The position numbers and the translations under genes are program-made. A stretch of 64,000 nt of DNA from Adineta vaga. Its lineage: Eukaryota > Animalia > Rotifera. Location: the NCBI GenBank assembly GCA_021613535.1, contig CP075493.1, positions 4,092,001-4,156,000 of the forward strand, read 5' to 3'. This document shows, piece by piece, positions 53,391 through 64,000 of this stretch. How positions within the stretch are numbered: the first letter of the stretch is position 1; each line of letters opens with the position of its first letter. The notes beneath the pieces are model-generated. The model was given only the letters and a program-made list of their open reading frames with translations, did no database searches and was not told the origin of the DNA.

Positions 53391-54194
53391 ATGTCCGTGA
53401 AGGATGATATTCGATTTCAACAACCTTCGACTATTGCTCATATTAATGACGTAATACGAAAGAATGTTGTAAGTTTAATTTCAATTCTTAAAATTCATTA
53501 AAATATTCAATCATTCCAGGATACAGATCGTTTATTTCATAATAAACGTGAATTGGAAGAATTCATTGATAAATGTGAATCAACAAGTCTTAGTTTATCA
53601 AATCAACAATTAACTGATTCTGATATATCTATTGTTATTAATTTGGGTATAGTTAAGAAGAAATGTATTGAACTTAAATTAGGATATAATCAAATAACAT
53701 CTGATGGCATTAAAAAATTAGCAGATGTATTACGTACCAATTCAATATTAGAACGATTAAATCTTTTCGCTAATAATATATCTGATCAAGGTGTATATTA
53801 TCTTACACAAAGTCTTGTATCTAAAACTTCGAAACTTCAAATGCTTTTTATTGGTCAAAATCAAATAACAGATAAAGGCATAGAATATCTATGTGATTTA
53901 CTTCGAACGAACACCACTATAACTCATTTAGGATTATCAAATAATGAAATTAGTGATCAGGGTGTTATTTCATTAGCAACGGTTCTTACAAAACAAAATA
54001 ATACTTTGAAAGAATTATATCTATGGGGAAATAAATCGATTGGTGATACATGTATTGATGCATTAGCTGACATGTTAGTTTATAATCGAACATTAATGAA
54101 ACTTATTTTATTCGATTGTAATCTATCGGATTCAAGTAAAGAACGTTTGAATGAAGTTGTACAACCAAGAAAAGATTTTGGATTATTCTTATGA
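53391..54194 (+). CDS. Stand-alone RI/NLRC3-type LRR protein
   Basis: Short first exon MSVKDDIRF..., one intron, then 28-29 aa LRRs (LxxLxLxxNxIxDxG) paralogous to the adjacent ART-LRR repeats. Confidence 0.82.
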
Positions 54195-54798
54195 ACAAAA
54201 AAAACCTATTATATTCTTCTAGTTTTCAACTGTCAATTAGAAATCTATTGAAATAAATCGACATTTTGCATGTATCTTTTTTCATTGCTAAGAGAAAATA
54301 AAAATGGTAACAAAGGACATCTTACACAAAAGAAATTTCGAATGCTTTTTGATTATTAATCAATGATCGTTGTAATCGAAGTCTTAGCGTGAATATAAAT
54401 GGTAGACGATTACAAAACTGTTTTTCATACAAATCAAGTTCGTTGTTATTTGATATCTACAGTAGATATTTTGTATGTTACTATGTTTCTTTTCGATTTA
54501 TTGAAACCTTTCATAAAGAACTTCTGTAATTACTTTAGAGAACAAAGATTCAATCATAGCGTGTGGGTGTAGATGTGTAATTTATTGTAAACAAATTAGA
54601 TGTTTCTGTTCATGTGAATCTCAGTTTCAAAAGCAACTATTTGGAGGCATTGGAGCGCAAGTTTTAAATAAATTCTTTTAATTAACGTTGATAAAAGGCA
54701 CTTTTTTAAACAGAGACATGGTGTATCCCCATCACGCACTGAATGATATTTTATCTCTTAGATATCATTTTAATTCGTTCGTATTCTCTACATAAATC

Positions 54799-55751
54799 AT
54801 GTCGAATTCATCTGCTGAAGTAGCATATTTTACTTCTATTTCTCGAATTATTTTATTATCTGTTGGTTTGCCAACGTTTATTTTTGGTATGGTCGGCAAT
54901 TTCATTAATATAATTACGTTTAGTTTTCTTCCACAATTCAATAAGTTACCAATAACTGTGTTTCTTTTATGTTCATTTATTGCAAGTGAATTACAACTTT
55001 TGACTGGTTTACTTCCTTACTTAATTCAACCATTGAGTGGATACAATATAATTAATCGATATCCTATAATTTGTAAACTAAGATTCTTTTTAGGACCGAC
55101 ATTTGGTGTGACAGCTTTCCATTGCATCTGTCTATCAGGTCTAAATCAATATTTAATTACATCTCGTAGTATTCGACGTCATCAATGGATAACGCGACGA
55201 CGAGCTCTGTTTCTTAGCCTTTTCGTTCTGGTTTATGCAACTGGATGTCTTAGTCCACAATTGCTATATTACGTAAATGTGCCTAACTCAAACAATGTGA
55301 CTGTATGCACTGTGGCCAATCCAATTTATTTCGCATTTATTTCGTACTTCTCTATCATATATAGTGTGTTTCCAACATGTGTCTTATCAATTTTATCTGC
55401 ATTAACATGGTATAATGTTCGGAATAATATTGCACGACGTCAATCTCTTCAACGAACAATGATTCGTATTTTGCTTGCAGAGATGGTGATGATTCTCTTT
55501 ACAGCTATACCTTCTATCGTCAATCAAATGTATTTCTTTCACACATTCAATGTACCAAAGGATTCCTTGAGAATAGCACAAGAAAGCGTAATATCCAGTA
55601 TCTTACAATGTTATTTTTTGGAAGAACTTCCGTGCCATTCTATATTTATATATTTTCATCAAAGACCTATCGACGCAACGTTCTATCGCTCTTTTTCCGA
55701 AGAAGGAATCACATCCAAGCAATATTTCCCGTGCAAAATAACATACTTTGA
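54799..55751 (+). CDS. Rhodopsin-like GPCR with apparent 1-nt deletion near 55605
   Basis: GMVGNFIN, ICKLR, LNQY. The TM7/H8 motif PFYIYIFSSKTYRR lies in a shifted frame that ends with TGA at 55749-55751. Confidence 0.78.
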
Positions 55752-56829
55752 TTAAACAAAGGAACTAATCTCGAATATTTAAATAGAAGTGGATGCGAGG
55801 AGGTATTTTCATCATTTCACGTCTATATCAATACCTATTCTGATCGTGATACAAAACACGATCTGAACGAATATTTAAATATATAAAGAGCAAGAAAATC
55901 TTACACATATCCTCACCATGGGTTTGTATTTAGTCATTCTTTTTCATTAAAAATAAGCTTTTTTTCAGAAGGAATTTACTTGTTTATGATCAACACTAAT
56001 AGTGGTATCGTGTTTGATATGCTCAATGCGCAAAACTAGGTGCCTGTCTAGATAATTAAAAAAATGACTTTAACGTTCTCTTTGTCGATACGCTTTTTTA
56101 AACAAAAAGAATCTAAATATATCGACAGAACCTGGATCATCAAGAGATCGCTGGTTTTTTATATAGAATCTCGAAAATTTTCAAACATTTTTCAAAAAAG
56201 TGAACTATCGAAAAAAACGATATCGTGGATGACAAAGCAGATGGCAAGCTGTCTCTCAGTACATTTACCTCTACTGGAAAGTTTCTAATGAAAATTGACT
56301 TTCTTTGCGACGAGACGAACGAGGAAGGTTTTTTTTCAAAATAACTCGACTATCAATATTGAATTGTGAACTCATCTGATTTCACCATGAAATAACAAGT
56401 TTTGCTCTACAAGATCTGATTATTATAACAGTTTCATCTTTCTGTCTAATTACGAATGCTATCTATACATCATATCGTGGTTACTTCATTGTTTCTATTG
56501 CAATAATTTCTAGTCAATTCTGAACTGATTATCGTTCATTATCTACTCAGACAAAACAATTTACAAGAATGATTTATTCACGGTAAAATGAATCTCTTAT
56601 TCAGGATACAACAGTTATTTTTTTCATTTCAGAATCCTTTTGACGACTATTGGTACTATAAATTAAAACAATATCGTGAGCAAGTACAATCGATAAATAA
56701 GTAAATAGCAACTAATATTTTACATCATTGACAAGCAATTTTTGTTCATGTATTGCATTCGAATATCATATTTTAAAATACACCAATCAGCAAAACTAAT
56801 GAATAAGAAATAAAGGTAAAACAAAAAAC

Positions 56830-56839
56830 GCTGAGTCAT
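56830..56839 (-). promoter_or_regulatory. ARE/MARE-like element (ATGACTCAGC) upstream of the SDR gene
   Basis: Exact RTGACnnnGC core with a T-rich flank, ~65 nt upstream of a TATATATA run and ~155 nt from the ATG. Confidence 0.45.
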
Positions 56840-56994
56840 GATGAGATAGGAAAGTATAAGAAAAGAAAAGTCGAGTCAGCGTGATGATAATATATACTTG
56901 TGTATATATATAATCGAAACTTATGGAGGAGAATAAATCATTCATTCCGTGTCGTCAATAAGAAGAAAAACCAATCAATCGTAATAAATATAGA

Positions 56995-57747
56995 ATGGGC
57001 AAACTCGATGGAAAAATTTCTTTAATTACCGGTGGTTCAGATGGTATCGGTTTTGCAACTGCTCAAGAATTTCTAAACGAAGGTGCAGCTCATGTTTTCA
57101 TCACTGGTCGACGTCAAGATGCTCTTAATGAAGCAGTAAAAAAACTGAAAAGTGATAGAGTAACTGGTATTCAAGGTGATGTATCGAATATGGCTGACCT
57201 TGATAAAATCTATGATACAATCAAAAAAGAAAAAGGTCATTTAGATATCCTTTTTGCAAATGCAGGTGTACTTGAAAAGGCACCATTGGGTTCTATTACT
57301 GAACAACAATTTGATAATGTGTTTAACATTAATGTTAAAGGAGTATTATTTACTGTACAAAAAGCATTACCAATATTCACGGATGGTGGATCGATTATTT
57401 TGAATGGATCTGTACTTTCGATCAAAGGATTCCCTAACAGTAGTGTATACTGTGCTACAAAAGCAGCTATTCGATCTTTTGCACGTTGTTGGACAGTGGA
57501 CTTGAAAGAACGTAAAATTCGAGTAAATGTTATAAGTCCTGGACCAATTTATACTGCTGTACATAAAGACATTACTAACGAAGAAGAGAAGAAAAAACTT
57601 GAAGATTCATTAGCTTCTGCTACAGTAATGGGTCGTATTGGTAAGCCCGAAGAAATTGCAAAACCTGTAGTCTTTCTCGCTTCGGACGATAGCAGCTATA
57701 TTACTGGTATTGAACTTTTTGCTGATGGTGGTTTAGGACAAATCTAA
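56995..57747 (+). CDS. Classical short-chain dehydrogenase/reductase, bacterial-type, intronless
   Basis: ITGGSDGIG, LDILFANAG, YCATKAA, IRVNVISPGPI, FLASDDSSYITG.ELFADGG. Confidence 0.92.
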   Translation: MGKLDGKISLITGGSDGIGFATAQEFLNEGAAHVFITGRRQDALNEAVKKLKSDRVTGIQGDVSNMADLDKIYDTIKKEKGHLDILFANAGVLEKAPLGSITEQQFDNVFNINVKGVLFTVQKALPIFTDGGSIILNGSVLSIKGFPNSSVYCATKAAIRSFARCWTVDLKERKIRVNVISPGPIYTAVHKDITNEEEKKKLEDSLASATVMGRIGKPEEIAKPVVFLASDDSSYITGIELFADGGLGQI

Positions 57748-58685
57748 ACTTTATTTTTATTTTCCTAACATACGTATAAATCAAAATCATTAGTTTTGAA
57801 AAATAAAAACAAAGAATACTGAAAAATTCTTCCTAAGTTAATTCAATTATTCAGTGTGAGAATCAAAAAAAAACACCGTAGCTTATTCGCTATCACTTAT
57901 GAATCATAAACTGAATAATATCCTTGAACCGAATTCATTCAGAAGACATTGAATATTGAAATAGTTTTCTTAACTAGATTAAATATTATCTGCAAATTAT
58001 TCTCGTATTCCATGCATCGGTAAATTTTCAATGATCAAAAGAACATTTTTTAATGTGCGAACAATATTACATTAATAAAAACCTGTTTGGAAATTGTTGT
58101 AGAAGAGCAAAACATTGCTCATGCTCATTTCTAATATTACCCTGGCTCACAGCTATTTTTCCCGAAAATTTGAAATAATAAATTAACTGAACAGAGTCTT
58201 TGGTGAGTTCTAACTAGAAATAAATAACAAGAGGTTGTATAGAGAATATCTGATGCGAATAAAACAAAATTTATTTGAAAATGTCATTATGACTTACGTG
58301 TAATTATTCGTTTTAATTTGAATGTGAATTTCAAGATACACTTATTAAGACGATTATTATCTCACCAGTAAGCCACCTACATAAATACTCATGTTGAGTA
58401 TATAATTCTGATAAGATCTTGTCTATTTCTTCCGTGAAATCCTTCTCAAATATATGACATATGTTTGATAGATGAGAGTATCCAGAAAATCATAAATAGA
58501 AAATTTAGAATTGTATTTAACTTTCAATATTATTACCTATTCAAATTTTTTAACATAACGGTTCTATGTACTGAATAGACTAATCTTTTTATCAATGTTA
58601 ATTATCAATATACATAACATTGATATTCACCTGATGTCGTAAAATAACAATGTGATGACGTAGTTGTATACTTTTTATTTTTTTT

Positions 58686-59675
58686 TCAAGCAAATGAACA
58701 AGTAGTTTTATTCGATAATTCGATTTTTGTATATCGAATTCGTAATTTTGGTGAAAAATAATCTTCTTGTCGTGTATTCCAACATCGATTTGAAATAATA
58801 AGTCGAATGAATTCTTGTCGATAGGCATTTGCCGAAAGAATATATAGAAAAAAGGATACAAAATAATCACATTGTTGCCATGTAACAAATAGTAAACGTA
58901 AGGCAATGATGTTCGGTGTTCGCGTTGATGGAACAAATGTATTCAAACTATAAACGATTCCAAATGGAAGAACAAGAATAAAATGAATAAGAACTTGTAA
59001 GAATAACATTCGAGCTAATTGATATTCCGTTCGACGTCGTCGTAGGTATGAAATGAATGGTTTTATTCTCGTTGCTCGTTCATGAATACTATAAATTGTT
59101 AATATTCCAAAAATAACTAATAAGATTGGGGAGAGAAGATAATAAATAATCACTTGACTAGATGCATAAATATTGCTCAATAAGGTATGATTCATAAAAC
59201 ATTTTTTCGTATCTGAATCCCAATGATAGATGAATATCATGGGTAACATATATATCGATGCAAATAGAATCGAAAATAGTATATTTCTTTGTGCAATTCG
59301 AATCGTATTCAATGATTGCAAACGACTTAATTGTATACTTGAACAAAAACGATCAAATGATGCTAATATAATCATAAGATTAGCTTGTAATGGTAAAAGA
59401 AAAAGAAGATATGCATGTAATTTACAAGAGATTGTTTCATGGATTAAATTGATTGAAAAACTTCGAAAAAATTGAATTGGACATAATATACATGCATAAA
59501 TTATACTTAATATTGCATAAGCAAGAAAGTAATGTGTACAAGGTGATAAACGTAATGTATGAGAACATAGAATACGAATATTAAATGTATTGGTTAGTAT
59601 AGCGAGGAAAATAAGAATTGGTTGAGAATAAATATTCGTTCGAAGAACACGTTCGATGATATTATTTGAATCCAT
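58686..59675 (-). CDS. Rhodopsin-like GPCR, intronless
   Basis: 7 TM pattern, SPC..YFL, CKLH.Y, SFDRF, SFFLYILSA..YR.E; paralogous to 23971-24951. Confidence 0.83.
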   Translation of the reverse strand: MDSNNIIERVLRTNIYSQPILIFLAILTNTFNIRILCSHTLRLSPCTHYFLAYAILSIIYACILCPIQFFRSFSINLIHETISCKLHAYLLFLLPLQANLMIILASFDRFCSSIQLSRLQSLNTIRIAQRNILFSILFASIYMLPMIFIYHWDSDTKKCFMNHTLLSNIYASSQVIIYYLLSPILLVIFGILTIYSIHERATRIKPFISYLRRRRTEYQLARMLFLQVLIHFILVLPFGIVYSLNTFVPSTRTPNIIALRLLFVTWQQCDYFVSFFLYILSANAYRQEFIRLIISNRCWNTRQEDYFSPKLRIRYTKIELSNKTTCSFA

Positions 59676-60340
59676 TTAATTGTCTTCTATTTCATCATGA
59701 AAAATTTCGAAGTATAAAAAAGTAATATCTAAACAGATGATATAACTACTAAAATTATAATGCTAAGATTTCATATGCAAACGAGAAGGGAAAAAAACAT
59801 CGGTACTCAATGCGTTATTCATATTTTCACACCAGAAATCCAAGAGTATATTTATCAAAATGTAATGAATAGAAAGAAAAAAAATGGAGGTGCGTATAGA
59901 GGAATAGATTGGTTCCATGAAGCGCTATATATTTTTACTCTTACTAAAAAAAGATTCTCGAAGTAAGTTGATGAACTGCTCATTAGGTCTGATAAAAATT
60001 ATATAGATGGCATTTCTTTCTTTTTAATATAATGAATAAACTGTTGATGACATTTTTTTATGACATTTAAGTAGTTTGATTTGAAGATGAATAAAGAAAA
60101 TAGACGTATAGATAAGTTTAATTTAAGATTCTTATACGAGAAAATCTATTTTATTTTCATTAAGATAAAAGAAAAGTATTCTCGGTCATCAACATTTATA
60201 TGACGTTCATGATGAATGAGAACAAATCATCTTAGAAAGAAAGAAAGAAAAAGAACGAACCATGTGATTATTTGGTAAAGGTAATAAGTCGATTTTCGAG
60301 TGTTATGATATTTTTCATTTGAAAGGGAAAAAAATATATT

Positions 60341-60667
60341 ATGAGTGAAGTTACTTCATTAAATATTCTCATCTTTGGTGTAGATAATCAAGTAACTGAT
60401 GGAGTTAGTAACCGCCTTCGTAGTCAAGGTATTCAAGCAGAATCATTGGTAATTTCAAACACACAGGAAAGTGATACGGAAATCGAACGTATTCTACGAT
60501 CAAAGGATTGGAATGGTTTGATTGTTGGTCATGGTGTTCGACAAGATCAAGAATGGTTCGAACGCATCATGAATATTGTAAACACGACAAATCCAAATGT
60601 ATCGATCATTAATACGAAAGGTCCGGATGATGTAGAAAATGCAATAGAACGTTATTTTAATGTTTAA
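60341..60667 (+). CDS. Small alpha/beta protein of unknown function, microbial-type
   Basis: Clean 108-aa ORF with a W.G.IVG.GVR...WFE...N.V....P......GPDD...AIER pattern reminiscent of small bacterial/fungal hypothetical proteins. Confidence 0.6.
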   Translation: MSEVTSLNILIFGVDNQVTDGVSNRLRSQGIQAESLVISNTQESDTEIERILRSKDWNGLIVGHGVRQDQEWFERIMNIVNTTNPNVSIINTKGPDDVENAIERYFNV

Positions 60668-61608
60668 TTACTATTGACAGAGACTTAATTTTGCCAAAAA
60701 TGACGAATAAACTCACATTACTATGTTTTTCTAAAGATTCTCCTATATTTTCAGTTTTTTTATTAAGAAAAACTTTTTTGGCCTACTTCAGAAATTGTTA
60801 TCTATCTCTATGAAAATATCATATTCTCGTTATCTTGCTGTTTAATAATTAATACTTAAAATATATTCTACGCTTGTTTTTTGTTTTCTTGAAAATTTAT
60901 CAGTCAAATAATAACATGTGCATAGTAATGAATATATAAACAACTTAACACTATGCATAATTTATTATTAGTAACACCGAACAATGCAATAGCATAGACA
61001 TCAACCAATGTTTAAGTTATTCATAATGTATTCGATGAGGAATTCAGTATGGAATATTCATTTTTTTTTTCAGAATGAATATTGCAGAAAATAAGAATTA
61101 GAAAAGAATTATTTGAGATGATTATAAGGTATCACGAGATTCGTGTTCCAATTGTCACAATAGAAAGAAGATAGCATATGCAATTCTGATAGATTGTTCG
61201 AGATAATATCTGTCAATTTTCATAGATTTCTTTGTACGAAATGTACTAGAAGTGACATAGAAGAATTAAAAGCAACATGATCTTCGAAGTTGTATGACTG
61301 CTCTATTTCGAGTGTCATTTAAATGAGATGAATATTTTTATTTATCAGTGCTTACGATGTCATATGCGTCTGCGCTATTGATTAATAAAATTGATGTTCA
61401 TATATTGGAGAAGTCTATTGGTCTTTATATCAACTTTGAATGAAACAAATCATTGTAAATCGAAGAAAAATAAATTTCATCTCTGATTTATTTCTATAGA
61501 ATAGAAAAGAAGAAAAAATTTCACGTGTGTTTTCGTTCGTGTTCTCTATGTTTACAACCGAAAGCATTTCATTTCTTTTCTTTTGTTTTCCCTATTATTT
61601 CGATAACA

Positions 61609-62088
61609 ATGAATCAATCTGTACAAGGTCGTCCACCATATCCACCATTTACACGAGAAACTGCTATTGAAAAAGTTCGTGCTGCTGAAGATGCTTGGAA
61701 TAGTCGAGATCCACAACGTGTCTCAATGGCTTATAGTGAAGATAGTCATTGGCGTAATCGTACGGAATTTGTAAATGGTCGTGAAGAAATTACTGCCTTT
61801 CTTAAACGTAAATGGACAAAAGAACTTGATTATCGATTAATTAAAGAACTTTGGGCTACAGAGGGAAATCGTATTGCTGTTCGTTTTGCTTATGAATGGC
61901 ATGATGATTCAGGAAATTGGTTTCGTTCATACGGAAATGAAAATTGGGAATTTAATGAGCTTGGATTAATGACTCAACGTCATGCGTCAATCAATGATAT
62001 ACCAATTAAAGAAGAACAACGAAAATTTCATTGGACACTTGGAAGACGACCAGATGATCATGCTGGATTAACAGAATTAAATCTATGA
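61609..62088 (+). CDS. DUF1348 (NTF2/SnoaL-like) protein, bacterial-type, intronless
   Basis: [28 protein letters not shown]...WRNR.EF..GR...[17 protein letters not shown]...[26 protein letters not shown] is the DUF1348 signature. Confidence 0.9.
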   Translation: MNQSVQGRPPYPPFTRETAIEKVRAAEDAWNSRDPQRVSMAYSEDSHWRNRTEFVNGREEITAFLKRKWTKELDYRLIKELWATEGNRIAVRFAYEWHDDSGNWFRSYGNENWEFNELGLMTQRHASINDIPIKEEQRKFHWTLGRRPDDHAGLTELNL

Positions 62089-62487
62089 ATTTTATGAAAG
62101 AAAACATTCTTGAAACAGTTTTTATTTTATTTTATTCTATGTGGATGTAAATAAACGTCCATTTGATGACGCAGTGTCTTTTATTTTGACTCTGAAAGGT
62201 TAACGGACACATGTTTTTGTAAAAGAAGACATCTGTTCTATCGTATAGTTAATCTTTTTATTCGTTTAGATAATTATTTATATCGATTATTATTCTGACT
62301 TAACGTCTCAATGACTGATTGATGAGAATCATTTATTAACTAATAATTTTTATATTTCAATTTTTGACGTTAATTTATCTCTATGGTTGATTGATCACAT
62401 CGATATATTATATTCTATTGATGATAAATAATATAGTTTTGATAGGTTTTTCATCATAACTAATACAACATTCAGCTGATTATTAAC

Positions 62488-62910
62488 ATGTCTATTATAA
62501 CACGCGAACAAATCGAAAATACACGTTATTGGATCGAAGCCTTTTATGAAGCATGTGATTCGTTGGAAGTTCGAGATTGGATTAATGAGTTTTTTCAGCT
62601 CGATGCAATCGTTCATTTAAACAATCTTTCAATTATTCAGGGACATTCGCAACTCATTCATCATTATGAAGAATATTATTCATTACTTTCATTTGTCGAA
62701 CATCGCATAAAAGGTGTCGATATTTCATCGGATCGATGTTATGTTCATGTTGAAGTAACTTCAATTGCAAAAAATGATCCCGAACAAATACCTGTCACAC
62801 GGAAAGGATTGATGATTATAGAAAAGAAACTTGATGATGAAAAACTAAATTCTTTTCATGTATATATTGATTCAACTCGTCTTATCGATAGAATTCAGAT
62901 GCATATGTAA
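62488..62910 (+). CDS. SnoaL-like/NTF2-fold protein
   Basis: W...FY.A.DSL.......F..DA....NN...I.G pattern and terminal VYID; intronless 140 aa. Confidence 0.65.
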   Translation: MSIITREQIENTRYWIEAFYEACDSLEVRDWINEFFQLDAIVHLNNLSIIQGHSQLIHHYEEYYSLLSFVEHRIKGVDISSDRCYVHVEVTSIAKNDPEQIPVTRKGLMIIEKKLDDEKLNSFHVYIDSTRLIDRIQMHM

Positions 62911-63407
62911 ATTTTGTTTGTTTTCAATTTTGATTAATAATTTATTTATAGTTAAATAGAAAAGATCAAAGTATTTTTCACATTGTTTGTTCCATGCTAA
63001 ACACATGGACGTTCTAGTACGAACAAGGAAAATGAACTCATCTGTAGATGGAAGTAGAATATTCCTTTACTAAGAATGATCTCTTATGGAAACAGTGAGC
63101 GCGATGAAGATACTCATGTTTCTAAATATCGGGCAAATCGAAGGAAGCGTCTGAAATTATTTCAAAACAATATGTGTGCAGAAAGCAATGCGTAATTCAA
63201 CTTTCTACAAACAAGTGTCGATGCTTAAAATGCAATATATGATTATAGGCTAACCTATCGATGAATAGTATAAGTTGAATGATTTCAAAGTTTTACTTTT
63301 GAGAAATATACTAAATATAATTATATTCGATAGAATATCAGTTGTATATGTAAATATATTGGCATAGTAGAATCGTCTGCGATACAATTGGATTTATTAA
63401 ACATCTA

Positions 63408-64000
63408 TTAAAGTGATTGTGATGGTACTGTGTTTACATAGATAAATCGAACAATAACAGGATGATGTTTCTTTATTTTTTTCAATCGTCTCATATCTTC
63501 TCCTACTGGATCAATACCAAAAAAGTATTTCATAATATCCATGACGACGATAAACAGCATCATAGTGAACAATGCGATAATTGCAACATATGTAAATGAT
63601 TTTGAAACAAATTCACGAACTACAATCTTATTTGATACGATTTCACAATGACGACCAGAATAACTGCTATCAATACATTCACATGTATAGTTTAAAAACG
63701 ACGGCTGACAAACACCACTATTCAAACATATGATATTTTCACAATAATTGAGTTGTATTTCACAACGACTACCCGTCCATCCTTCACGACATTCACACTC
63801 GTATGTTTGATTGAAAATTTCATGACATATACCTAGATCAACAAATATATCATTTCATATCCGTTATAGAGGGGGAAAGGCATCCTACCATTATTCCAGC
63901 AAGTAATCGATGGTTTACAAAGACGATGATCTAATTGACAATGAACACCACTAAATCCATATGGACAAGCACAAATATAACCCCGTTGATCTCTATTATT
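63408..64000 (-). CDS. EGF-repeat single-pass membrane protein, 3' portion
   Basis: Tandem EGF repeats (C.C..GFSG..CQ; YECECREGWTGSRCE; CLNSGVC......YTCEC....YSGRHCE), then a TM segment and short tail. Confidence 0.82.

Noticed and set aside
54560-54570. gtgtgggtgt, telomere-like
   Set aside because: Fewer than two repeat units.
63080-63245. Cys-rich fragment (CRKQC...TNKCRCLKC) reminiscent of transposase/integrase C-termini
   Set aside because: Too short, with no catalytic domain or terminal repeats.
1-64000. CRISPR arrays, rRNA, tRNA, intact transposons, bacterial contamination
   Set aside because: None seen. Bacterial-type genes share host base composition and are interleaved with intron-containing metazoan genes.

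Overview
This is AT-rich eukaryotic DNA with many ~50-65 nt GT-AG introns. NHL-repeat genes, divergent rhodopsin-like GPCRs, ART-domain genes and bacterial/fungal-type enzymes interleaved with core metazoan genes point to a bdelloid rotifer (inference). About 30 genes are supported: an IAP, two NHL proteins, an SLC15/PTR transporter, a Kv1-like channel, four GPCRs, three Ly6/quiver-like genes, KDSR, ELOVL, small Cys-rich secreted proteins, an EGF-repeat membrane protein and several horizontal-transfer candidates (AdhP-type ADH, saccharopine-DH/DUF4166 fusion, SDR, DUF1348, SnoaL-like, and a decayed GH19 gene absent from the ORF track). Main highlights: (1) a set of ADP-ribosylation-related, immunity-like genes, namely a ZAP-type CCCH-macro-WWE-pseudoPARP, two pseudo-ART-LRR proteins with predicted lipid anchors at opposite ends, and tandem C2 proteins whose second domain resembles RhsP2/toxin-43-type ART toxins; (2) a KMT2C/D gene that ends before the SET domain, suggesting an Lpt-like fission, with a candidate H/ACA RNA in one intron; (3) a Kv channel with a TGVGYG filter; (4) two gene-limited conversion tracts. 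Three single-site frameshifts may be assembly errors. All homology calls come from motif recognition by eye, not database searches, and exon boundaries are approximate.
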